From Akkermansia muciniphila (GTDB lineage: Bacteria > Verrucomicrobiota > Kiritimatiellia > RFP12 > JAAYNR01): DNA of 64,000 nucleotides. The stretch is taken from contig CAMBQN010000003.1 in assembly GCA_945870025.1 (NCBI GenBank), positions 72,640 to 136,639 of the forward strand, given 5' to 3'. Positions 1-9,054 of this stretch are shown here, piece after piece (position 1 is the stretch's first letter; the number at the start of each line of letters is the position of its first letter). The translations under genes and the position numbers were made by a program. Below the pieces are notes generated by a model that made no database searches, was not told the DNA's origin, and was given only the letters and a program-made list of their open reading frames with translations.

Positions 1-2
1 TG

Positions 3-674
3 GCTGATGCCCATCCGCAAGTGCGGCAGTATGCCACAAAAGCCCTCAGCGCCTTTGGCGCAAAAGCCAAGCAGGTTTTACCCGTCTTGCGGGATCTCTA
101 CCGTAATCCAACCGAAAAGGATTATGTCAAGCGCACCGTGAAAACGGCCGGCCTGGCCATAAAGGAATCGCTCAAGATTCAAGAGGGGCAGACGGTCCGC
201 ACATGCTCGCGCTGCGGCACCGTCGTGCAACCCGACGAATACGCCCGCAGTCAACGGTTTTTTCAACGCACCTTCTGCGATGTGTGCTTCGACGAGACCG
301 CCACGGAGAGACGCAACTTTGAGACCGCCGTCGAGGATAAGAAGAACATCCAGACCCTGAATGGCACACTGGTGCAAAGCGCAGGCGAAAAGCAGGTGGC
401 GGAGTGGCTGGAGCGACATGGCATCGCCTATCGCTACGACGGCCGATTGCGTATCATCGAGGGGTTTCAGATCCGCCCCGACTTCTACCTGCCGGAACGC
501 GATGTGTATATTGAGTATTGGGGGATGGATACGCCCCGCTATAAGGCTGGCATGTATCTCAAGCAGGATCTCTACATGCATGCCGGAAAGAAACTGATCT
601 CGCTCTATCCATCTGATCTTCCCAATCTGGATCACCTGCTGACAACCAAACTTCAGGTATTTAATACGAAATGA
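3..674 (+). CDS. HEAT-repeat / zinc-ribbon / PD-(D/E)xK-like nuclease-domain protein, 5' end cut by window edge
   Basis: The frame of ORF 21..674 stays open back to nt 3 (ADAHPQVRQYATKALSAFG..., HEAT-like helix pairs). It has a CSRCG...CDVC zinc ribbon. The C-terminal AEWLERHGI...RPDFYLPERDVYIEYWG pattern resembles the restriction-endonuclease-fold module found at the N-terminus of helicase IV/UvrD-like proteins. The ORF ends 31 nt upstream of cas4. Confidence 0.5.
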   Translation, partial: ADAHPQVRQYATKALSAFGAKAKQVLPVLRDLYRNPTEKDYVKRTVKTAGLAIKESLKIQEGQTVRTCSRCGTVVQPDEYARSQRFFQRTFCDVCFDETATERRNFETAVEDKKNIQTLNGTLVQSAGEKQVAEWLERHGIAYRYDGRLRIIEGFQIRPDFYLPERDVYIEYWGMDTPRYKAGMYLKQDLYMHAGKKLISLYPSDLPNLDHLLTTKLQVFNTK

Positions 675-705
675 AGTTCGCATGCGAACGTAACGAGTAA
701 CATCC

Positions 706-1359
706 ATGTATGCCGATGATGATCTGTTGCCCATTTCTGCGCTCCAGCACCTGCAGTACTGCGAGCGTCAATGCGCGTTGATCCATATCGAAGACGTCTG
801 GTCGGAAAACGCGCTGACCGCCCAGGGCCGCGTGCTGCATAACCGGGTGGATAGTGGCGGACACGAGACACGTGGATGCGTGCGGACGGTGTATAGCCTG
901 CGGCTCAGGTCTCTTCGCCTAGGATTGACCGGACAGGCCGATGTGGTCGAGTTCCATCTCGGTGACAATCAGGTATGGACGCCCTACCCCGTCGAATTCA
1001 AACGGGGCAAGCCCAAAACCGATCCCTGTGATCGCGTGCAGCTTTGCGCCCAAGCCTTGTGCCTGGAGGAGATGAAAGGCGTGCACATCCCGGATGGGGC
1101 CCTGTTTTATGGTGAAATACGCCATCGTTGCGAAGTCGCGTTTGATGCCGGCCTCCGGACACTGACCGAGTCCTTATGCCTCCGCCTACATGAACGGATT
1201 GCCCGCGGCATTACGCCAGCAGCCATTTATGATGAGGGGAAATGCGGACGATGCTCACTCGCCGAAATATGCATGCCTCGCGCCAGCAGCGGTCCATCTG
1301 CCCGGAAATGGCTCGATGCCCAGCTTGCTGAGATAGAGGCCCAAGGCGCACAGTTATGA
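706..1359 (+). CDS. cas4: CRISPR-associated exonuclease Cas4 (RecB-like, Fe-S)
   Basis: 217 aa. N-terminal LPISALQHLQYCERQC, RecB-type nuclease motifs (ADVVEF...VEFKRGKPK), and C-terminal CGRCSLAEIC cysteines. 4-nt overlap with cas1. Confidence 0.9.
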   Translation: MYADDDLLPISALQHLQYCERQCALIHIEDVWSENALTAQGRVLHNRVDSGGHETRGCVRTVYSLRLRSLRLGLTGQADVVEFHLGDNQVWTPYPVEFKRGKPKTDPCDRVQLCAQALCLEEMKGVHIPDGALFYGEIRHRCEVAFDAGLRTLTESLCLRLHERIARGITPAAIYDEGKCGRCSLAEICMPRASSGPSARKWLDAQLAEIEAQGAQL

Positions 1360-2378
1360 AAAAACTCCTCAACACGCTTTATGTCTCAACCCAAGGCATC
1401 TACCTCCACCAAGAGGGCGAAACCGTCGTCGCCTGCCTGAACCACGCCGAGGTGCTTCGTCTCCCGATCCACACCCTCTCGGGAATTGTTTGCTTCGGAC
1501 AGGTCGCCTGCAGTCCGCCGCTCATCGGACTTTGCGGCGAACGCGGAGTACATGTGAGCTTTCTGTCTGAACGAGGCAAGTTTCTCGCCCGCGTGACAGG
1601 TCCCGTATCCGGAAATGTCCTGCTTCGCCGGGAACAGGTCAGGTGGACTGAAGACCCCGCTCGCACGTGCGACATCGCCCGCAATGTGGTCTTGGGCAAG
1701 CTCGTCAACAGCCGGTCCGTTCTGCAGCGCGCCGCACGCGACCACGGCGCCAGCGATGAATTAAGTCAGGCCATCCATAGGATCGCCGATGTGATCCGAC
1801 GCGTCAGACGAGCGACAGATACCGACACCTTGCGCGGGCTTGAAGGCGAAGCGGCGAACTACTATTTCTCCGTCTTCAACGACATGATCCGATCGCAACG
1901 CGATTCGTTTTCCATGGCGTCGCGCAACAGACGACCCCCGCTCGATCCTTTAAACGCATTGCTTTCGTTCCTCTACACCCTGCTGGCGCACGATTGCGAG
2001 GGTGCGTTGGAAGGGGTTGGACTGGATCCGCAGATCGGATTTCTTCACACCTTGCGCCCCGGACGTCCCAGTCTTGCGCTCGACCTGATGGAGGAGTTCC
2101 GATCTATCCTCGCGGATCGTGTGGCCATCTCCCTGATCAACCTGAACCAGATTGATGGAAAGGGGTTCAAAAAGACCGAGTCGGGCGCAGTGATCATGGA
2201 TGATGACACCCGAAAGACGGTCTTGCAGACGTGGCAGAAAAAGAAGCAGGAAACGGTCCAACACCCCTTTCTCAACGAAAAACTGGAAATCGGTCTCTTG
2301 CCACATGCGCAAGCCCTGCTGCTGGCCAGACATCTGCGCGGAGATCTCGATGCCTATCCACCGTACCTGTACAAATAA
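1356..2378 (+). CDS. cas1: CRISPR-associated integrase Cas1 (I-C-like)
   Basis: 340 aa. LNTLYVSTQGIYLHQEGETVV N-terminus. Conserved acidic/His catalytic positions are present (GLEGEAANYYF, GFLHTLRPGRPSLALDLMEEFR). Positioned between cas4 and cas2. Confidence 0.95.
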   Translation: MKKLLNTLYVSTQGIYLHQEGETVVACLNHAEVLRLPIHTLSGIVCFGQVACSPPLIGLCGERGVHVSFLSERGKFLARVTGPVSGNVLLRREQVRWTEDPARTCDIARNVVLGKLVNSRSVLQRAARDHGASDELSQAIHRIADVIRRVRRATDTDTLRGLEGEAANYYFSVFNDMIRSQRDSFSMASRNRRPPLDPLNALLSFLYTLLAHDCEGALEGVGLDPQIGFLHTLRPGRPSLALDLMEEFRSILADRVAISLINLNQIDGKGFKKTESGAVIMDDDTRKTVLQTWQKKKQETVQHPFLNEKLEIGLLPHAQALLLARHLRGDLDAYPPYLYK

Positions 2379-2386
2379 GGAACGAT

Positions 2387-2677
2387 ATGCTGGTGCTCGT
2401 CAGTTATGATGTCGCAACCGGTGATGCCGCAGGCAGACGCCGTCTACGACGCGTCGCTAAAGTGTGCGAGAATATGGGCATTCGCGTACAAAACTCGGTA
2501 TTCGAATGCAACGTGGATCAATCCCAATGGACACTCCTACGCGCACGCCTGCTTGAAGTCTACAACCCCGAACACGACAGCTTGCGCTTTTACTTCCTCG
2601 GGAACAACTATAAACAACGAATCGAACACCAAGGTGCCAAACCCGCTGTGGATGTGGAAGACCCCCTCATTCTGTAA
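2387..2677 (+). CDS. cas2: CRISPR-associated endoribonuclease Cas2
   Basis: ATG at 2387 follows an AAGGA Shine-Dalgarno-like site. MLVLVSYDVATGD...RRLRRVAKVCENMGIRVQNSVFEC, 96 aa. The ORF-track start at 2231 overlaps cas1 and is unlikely. Confidence 0.9.
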   Translation: MLVLVSYDVATGDAAGRRRLRRVAKVCENMGIRVQNSVFECNVDQSQWTLLRARLLEVYNPEHDSLRFYFLGNNYKQRIEHQGAKPAVDVEDPLIL

Positions 2678-2856
2678 CCGCGAACCCCAAGTTCACATGA
2701 TTGGCCTAAGCCGGTTCGCGAAAGTCGTAACATATTGATTTATAATATGTTACATAGTGTTTGATCTTTGAAAACTGAAATACGCTCTCTGTTTTCGCTG
2801 AGTTCGCGGATTGATCCTCGTATTCACATGCAATAGAACATGTTACTGTATCCGGT
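2678..2856 (+). promoter_or_regulatory. CRISPR leader (AT-rich)
   Basis: 179-nt non-coding stretch between the cas2 stop and the first repeat. It is conspicuously AT-rich (catattgatttataatatgttacatagtgtttgatctttgaaaactgaaatacg) in a GC-rich genome. The degenerate repeat lies at the opposite end of the array. Confidence 0.6.
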
Positions 2857-5800
2857 GTCGCGCCCCTCGCGGGGCGCGTGGATTGAAACACCGAACCACT
2901 TCAACAACTCCCGCATGCACGCGTCGCGCCCCTCGCGGGGCGCGTGGATTGAAACTTTCGCCTGGGGTTTGCACATCGCTCCCCCTACGTCGCGCCCCTC
3001 GCGGGGCGCGTGGATTGAAACGCAGATAATTATGTGCCTGTAGAAAACATGGGAGTCGCGCCCCTCGCGGGGCGCGTGGATTGAAACGTGTAGTCGCAAT
3101 ATCGCGGATTGTTGACAATGTCGCGCCCCTCGCGGGGCGCGTGGATTGAAACGTAGACCACTGTTTCTGCCGACCAGCTTGAGTGTCGCGCCCCTCGCGG
3201 GGCGCGTGGATTGAAACATCAGACCTCGAACGTCGGCGGCGGATGTTTTGCCGTCGCGCCCCTCGCGGGGCGCGTGGATTGAAACCATCCGAGCAAACGC
3301 CGCGTGCATGCTCGACCTGTCGCGCCCCTCGCGGGGCGCGTGGATTGAAACCTTTCTGTTTCCCGGACGCACTGTGCGGCCGTAGGTCGCGCCCCTCGCG
3401 GGGCGCGTGGATTGAAACTTTCTGGCTACTCTCGGCGCCTTCGCCGCACAGGTCGCGCCCCTCGCGGGGCGCGTGGATTGAAACTGCTGTAAGGGGGTGA
3501 CCCGTGTTTTCTGGCAAAGTCGCGCCCCTCGCGGGGCGCGTGGATTGAAACATGAACGCAGTCATCACGGCAATCGCCGGCATTGTCGCGCCCCTCGCGG
3601 GGCGCGTGGATTGAAACATCACCTCCACAGCCAATGGCAAGACCGGCCGTGGTCGCGCCCCTCGCGGGGCGCGTGGATTGAAACGCCTACGTGGACACGA
3701 TCCGCGGCCAGGTCGCGTCGCGCCCCTCGCGGGGCGCGTGGATTGAAACACCGTCTCCGAGATCGAGAAGGGCCGCAACGCTGTCGCGCCCCTCGCGGGG
3801 CGCGTGGATTGAAACACTCCGACTCCGTCGACATGCACGTGAGCGGCTGTCGCGCCCCTCGCGGGGCGCGTGGATTGAAACCCCGACAAGGCCGCCCACG
3901 GCTGGATCGTCGCCGGTCGCGCCCCTCGCGGGGCGCGTGGATTGAAACATCCCATTCGTTGGTTCGGCCGACTGACGTAGGTCGCGCCCCTCGCGGGGCG
4001 CGTGGATTGAAACCATCCCCTCGATGGTGGTGCCGTTGATGCTGGGTCGCGCCCCTCGCGGGGCGCGTGGATTGAAACGCCGTCGCGGATGCCGCAGTCG
4101 AGCAGCAGGCCGTCGCGCCCCTCGCGGGGCGCGTGGATTGAAACTTGGCGGCATAGGCCACGCCGGCGATGCCGAGGTCGCGCCCCTCGCGGGGCGCGTG
4201 GATTGAAACCTCGAACACCTTCAGCGCCGTTTGCGCGCGGTTGTCGCGCCCCTCGCGGGGCGCGTGGATTGAAACGTTGAACATTTGGACGGCCGCAAGT
4301 TGAGTGGGTCGCGCCCCTCGCGGGGCGCGTGGATTGAAACCTTGGTCATTTTGGAAAAAGCGCCGGCGAGGGAGGTCGCGCCCCTCGCGGGGCGCGTGGA
4401 TTGAAACACCGTCGACGGCGTCACCGTCGGCATTCGCTGCGTCGCGCCCCTCGCGGGGCGCGTGGATTGAAACGATGACCTTGTAGGTCGTGCCGCTGAG
4501 GGTGATGTCGCGCCCCTCGCGGGGCGCGTGGATTGAAACGTCAAGAACGATGGTGAACCGGTAGGATGTGCCGTCGCGCCCCTCGCGGGGCGCGTGGATT
4601 GAAACGCTTTGGAGGCGTGGGGTCCGGGGACTCCCACGGTCGCGCCCCTCGCGGGGCGCGTGGATTGAAACGCCACGCTCGCCCACCTCCTCCTGATCCG
4701 CCGGTCGCGCCCCTCGCGGGGCGCGTGGATTGAAACAACAAGCTCGGCGAGGCCTCTCCCGCCAACTCCGTCGCGCCCCTCGCGGGGCGCGTGGATTGAA
4801 ACTTCAACTACGGAGTGCTCACCAGCAGTTGGACCGTCGCGCCCCTCGCGGGGCGCGTGGATTGAAACAATGAGGAGACCGCTGGCATTGTATCCGCCGC
4901 AGTCGCGCCCCTCGCGGGGCGCGTGGATTGAAACAAGATGCCTTCGGTCGGCCCGGTAGCGGTGTTTGTCGCGCCCCTCGCGGGGCGCGTGGATTGAAAC
5001 ATCGCCGACGATTGACGAACCGAGATTCAGAAGTCGCGCCCCTCGCGGGGCGCGTGGATTGAAACAAGAACAACGATGAAAACTCCGTGAGAGGTTACGT
5101 CGCGCCCCTCGCGGGGCGCGTGGATTGAAACGAAGCTGACCGACAGCACCAAACACCGCTACCGGGCCGTCGCGCCCCTCGCGGGGCGCGTGGATTGAAA
5201 CAATCTAGCTTTAAGATGGTATTACGCGTTTAACACGTCGCGCCCCTCGCGGGGCGCGTGGATTGAAACAAGCTCGGTCAATTTCTGCGCTCTTGTTGCC
5301 ATGTCGCGCCCCTCGCGGGGCGCGTGGATTGAAACTATATGCTGTCGATTCAGATCCGCACGCAACGGTCGCGCCCCTCGCGGGGCGCGTGGATTGAAAC
5401 TACGGGCGGTTTGCCCGCGTTTGCCATTCCTGCGTCGCGCCCCTCGCGGGGCGCGTGGATTGAAACTTCATAATCTGATAACCTCCACGCCGCCCCTTGT
5501 CGCGCCCCTCGCGGGGCGCGTGGATTGAAACGATTCCACTCCATGAAAAACCGCTTTGCGACGCGTCGCGCCCCTCGCGGGGCGCGTGGATTGAAACCTT
5601 CCACTCGTTGAACACGGCGTCATGCGCCGGTCGCGCCCCTCGCGGGGCGCGTGGATTGAAACATGTCGCTCCTTGTGCGCATCGATGATGGCGGCCGTCG
5701 CGCCCCTCGCGGGGCGCGTGGATTGAAAACCTTCAGGTAGTCTAGGATGTCCCCGCATCCCTGTCGCGCCCCTCGCGGGGCGCGTGGATTGAAACACCGC

Positions 5801-6586
5801 CGAGAACCTCATGGGCGAATGGGAGACGGTCGCGCCCCTCGCGGGGCGCGTGGATTGAAACATATTCTAGTTCTCCATGCACCAAAGGGTTGGGTCGCGC
5901 CCCTCGCGGGGCGCGTGGATTGAAACTAAACCAGAAAGGCACACCATGAGCAGCATACGTCGCGCCCCTCGCGGGGCGCGTGGATTGAAACCCTATTGAG
6001 ATTCTCCAAAACATTGTCTTGCCCGTCGCGCCCCTCGCGGGGCGCGTGGATTGAAACACCCCAGAAACTGACATAGCCGGAAGCGGAACGTCGCGCCCCT
6101 CGCGGGGCGCGTGGATTGAAACAAAAAATTGGAGTTAGAGATAAAGCTGTTGCAGGTCGCGCCCCTCGCGGGGCGCGTGGATTGAAACATCAGGCTGGAA
6201 AACTGCGCATCGTTCCGCCGGTCGCGCCCCTCGCGGGGCGCGTGGATTGAAACCGTGTCGAGCAGGTGATTAGCTGCAAGTGAGGTGTCGCGCCCCTCGC
6301 GGGGCGCGTGGATTGAAACATTTTGCCCCGTTTCCGCTCGACTGTGCCACGGCGTCGCGCCCCTCGCGGGGCGCGTGGATTGAAACATCGGCGCGCCGCG
6401 CGTGTCGGCGTGGGCGGCTGGTCGCGCCCCTCGCGGGGCGCGTGGATTGAAACATCGGCGCGCCGCGCGTGTCGGCGTGGGCGGCTGGTCGCGCCCCTCG
6501 CGGGGCGCGTGGATTGAAACAGTCTGGTTGAGTTCGTGGGTGATCATGCGCTCGTCGCGCCCCTCTCTGAATCCGTCCGAATAGGG
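2857..6586 (+). CRISPR. CRISPR array, 57 repeats / 56 spacers, type I-C-like repeat
   Basis: 33-nt direct repeat GTCGCGCCCCTCGCGGGGCGCGTGGATTGAAAC with a 7-bp GCGCCCC/GGGGCGC stem and a GTGGATTGAAAC tail as in I-C repeats. I located every copy by hand: first 2857-2889, last canonical 6488-6520, degenerate terminal copy 6554-6586 (GTCGCGCCCCTCtctgaatccgtccgaataggg). Spacers are 32-37 nt. Confidence 0.98.
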
Positions 6587-6697
6587 TTTAATTCCACGTG
6601 CGGCTAGTGTAAGATGGTTTCGCATGAGGAGCAAGAGGTTCTTCTTATGTGGATCACTGGGTTGGCCGTTTTTATGAACTAAAAGGATGCGTGACTG

Positions 6698-8773
6698 ATG
6701 AGCATTGCAACTGTGAAATCATTGATCGAGGGAACCTCGTTTTCAACCACCGATACGTGTTTCAGGCTGAACCGCCTGTGCGGCGTGACGCTCGAGGGGC
6801 AATATCCCGGGCGCGGGCATGCGGAGCTGCATGGCGTGGCGCTGCTGCGCGTGGATGGGCACCGTTACGAGGGTGAACTGCTTGTGCTCGATCAGGTGTC
6901 GGAAGCGTCTGCGTCCGTGACGTGCCGGTGGCGGGTCGGGGCCACGCCGCTGCGTCTGACGACCGTGTGGCAGGCCGACCCCGCGACCGGCGTGGTGAGC
7001 CGCCGTGATGCGGTGACCAACACCGGCTCCGCGCCAGCCGTCCTGTCCCGCTGCCTCGCCCGCATCGCTTTGCCGCAGGGGCACTACGAATGCCATACGC
7101 AGGCGAGCAGTTGGTGCCGCGAGAATCAGGGCGCGTGGCAGCCGCTGCACGCCGGTCTGCGTCTGAACCACTTTTCGGGCCGCACAACCGAGGGCGGCAC
7201 GCCGTACCTCGTGGTGCGAAGCGTCGGCGCTGGCGAGGGCATTGCGTTCCACATTCTGCCGACGGGGAACTGGACGATCCGGGTCACGCCGGTGGCCTGC
7301 TTTGCGAATTTGTCGTATGCCGTGGTGGAGCTGGGGCTGGCCGATGAAAATCTGAACCGCGCCATCCTGCCCGGCGAGACGTTTGATCTGCCGGAAATCC
7401 TCTTCCAACCGGTGCCGCGCGGGGAGCCGGCACTGGCGGCGCCCAGCCTGCACCGGCATCTGCTGACGCATCACTTTCGCGCCGCCAAGCCCGAGGCGCC
7501 GGTGCTCTTCAACTCCTGGTTCGACCAGTTCGAGATTCTGGACGTGCCCCGACTGCACGAGCAACTGGCGGTGGCGAAGGAGGTCGGATGCGAGATCTTC
7601 GTCATCGATGCCGGCTGGTACGGCGCCGGGGGCGGCGACTGGGGGGCGCAGACCGGCGACTGGCGGGAGAAAACGGCGACAGCCTTTTGCGGACGCATGC
7701 GTGAATTTGCCGACGCGGTGCGCACGGCCGGACTGGGTTTCGGGTTGTGGATGGAACCCGAGCGGTTTGGATCTTTGGCCCCCGTGCGCACCGAGCATCC
7801 CGAATGGTTTGTTTCGGTCGGCAATCAGGCCCGCATCGATCTGACCCAGCCCGCCGCGTGGAACTGGCTGCGCGGCGAAATCGGACGGCTAGTGGAGACC
7901 TACCGGCTGGCTTGGATGAAGATCGACTTCAACTTCAAACTGGACATCGATGATGCCGGCGCGGAACTGGCCGACTACATGGCCGCCTGGTATCGCCTGC
8001 TGGATGCGGTTCGCGCCGCGTATCCGGAGACCTTCTTCGAGGGGTGTGCGAGCGGTGCCATGCGGAGCGATCTGGAAATGATGCGCCATGTGGACGGGCA
8101 CTTTCTCAGTGACACGGTGAATCCGACCGACATGCTGCGGATTACGCAGGGTGCCTGGTTGCGCCTGCCGCCCGGCCGGATCGGCCGCTGGGCCGTGATC
8201 CGGTCCATTTCGCAGGCCGTGCCCGAGTATAGCCGGCGGCTGAGCGAGTCCCCCGCGATCATCCTCGTGCCCGGCGGAGGGACTTGGAACGGGTCGGAAA
8301 GCGTGTCGCTCGATTATACCCTGCTGGCCGCCATGCCCGGCATGATGGGTCTGAGCGGGGATTTGACCGGCCTGACTGCGGAACAACGCGCGCGGGTGGC
8401 CCTGGCGATCACCTTCTTCAAGCAGTGGCGGCGGTTCATCGTGGGATCGGCGGGTCACCTACTGACCCCGCCGGAGCTGATCGATCGTCGGGAGGGCTGG
8501 GTCGGATTCCAGTTGCAGCGCCCGGGCGATGATGACACCAGCCTGGTGTTCGTCTACCGCCTGGGTCCTGCCGGCGCGCCTCCGCCGCTGCGATTGCACG
8601 GACTGGACACCCAACGCCGTTACACGATCGGCGATGGCTTCAACCCGGCGAGCCCCGTTGTCGTGGCGACGGGCGAGCGCCTCGCCAGCGCAGGTTTGCC
8701 CGCGGAGGAACTGGCGCTCGGCAACCGGCAGGCGTCGGTATTGGTGGTCCGGGCGGAGCACGCGGCAGGTTAG
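6698..8773 (+). CDS. glycoside hydrolase family 36-like (alpha-galactosidase family)
   Basis: 691 aa. Motifs FVIDAGWY, GLWMEPE, WMKIDFNF and CASGAMRSD match the GH36 catalytic (beta/alpha)8 core. Confidence 0.7.
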   Translation: MSIATVKSLIEGTSFSTTDTCFRLNRLCGVTLEGQYPGRGHAELHGVALLRVDGHRYEGELLVLDQVSEASASVTCRWRVGATPLRLTTVWQADPATGVVSRRDAVTNTGSAPAVLSRCLARIALPQGHYECHTQASSWCRENQGAWQPLHAGLRLNHFSGRTTEGGTPYLVVRSVGAGEGIAFHILPTGNWTIRVTPVACFANLSYAVVELGLADENLNRAILPGETFDLPEILFQPVPRGEPALAAPSLHRHLLTHHFRAAKPEAPVLFNSWFDQFEILDVPRLHEQLAVAKEVGCEIFVIDAGWYGAGGGDWGAQTGDWREKTATAFCGRMREFADAVRTAGLGFGLWMEPERFGSLAPVRTEHPEWFVSVGNQARIDLTQPAAWNWLRGEIGRLVETYRLAWMKIDFNFKLDIDDAGAELADYMAAWYRLLDAVRAAYPETFFEGCASGAMRSDLEMMRHVDGHFLSDTVNPTDMLRITQGAWLRLPPGRIGRWAVIRSISQAVPEYSRRLSESPAIILVPGGGTWNGSESVSLDYTLLAAMPGMMGLSGDLTGLTAEQRARVALAITFFKQWRRFIVGSAGHLLTPPELIDRREGWVGFQLQRPGDDDTSLVFVYRLGPAGAPPPLRLHGLDTQRRYTIGDGFNPASPVVVATGERLASAGLPAEELALGNRQASVLVVRAEHAAG

Positions 8774-8908
8774 CAATTCTAATTAGGGACCATCGGCGTC
8801 GGGGTCGGTATCGGTATCGGTATCGATAAAACCAACGGAAATTCGACCCCGATTCCGATACCGACCCCGACCCCGATGACTCAATCGCCTCATCATTAGA
8901 ATTGCTGG
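8772..8908. mobile_element. MITE-like element with CAGCAATTCTAAT terminal inverted repeats and CGAT-hexamer hairpin (copy 1)
   Basis: AGCAATTCTAATTAG at 8772 and CATTAGAATTGCTGG at 8894-8908 are inverted. Internal arms GGCGTC GGGGTC GGTATC GGTATC GGTATC and CCGATTCCGATACCGACCCCGACCCC are near-complementary. It shares its ends and centre (GGAAATTCGACCCCGAT) with the copies at 55297 and 58714. It starts inside the TAG stop of the GH36 gene. Confidence 0.6.
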
Positions 8909-8970
8909 CCGATTTCGGACTTGTGTATCCTCCGGCGGTTTGTTAAGGTACGCCCCGTCTCAGCGACCAT

Positions 8971-9047
8971 GGCGAATGTAGCTCAGTTGGTAGAGCTCCA
9001 GATTGTGGTTCTGGCTGTCGCGGGTTCGAGCCCCGTCATTCGCCCCA
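8971..9047 (+). tRNA. tRNA-His (GTG)
   Basis: Cloverleaf folded by hand: G-1 (8971), acceptor GCGAATG/CATTCGC, D arm GCTC-AGTTGGTA-GAGC, anticodon stem CCAGA/TCTGG with loop TTGTGGT (anticodon GTG), T arm GCGGG-TTCGAGC-CCCGT, discriminator C, encoded CCA. Confidence 0.95.
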
Positions 9048-9054
9048 TTTTGCG

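Noticed and set aside
5862-5893. Possible self-targeting spacer: spacer 46 shares CTAGTTCTCCA (11 nt) with 57957-57968.
   Set aside because: An 11-nt match is within chance expectation for 56 spacers against 64 kb. A proper alignment of all spacers against the genome is required.
2811-6634. Dozens of ORF-track entries on both strands across the CRISPR array (peptides rich in RAPRGARGLK, VSIHAPREGRD, FQSTRPARGAT, FNPRAPRGAR).
   Set aside because: They are translations of the 33-nt repeat in different frames joined through spacers, not genes.
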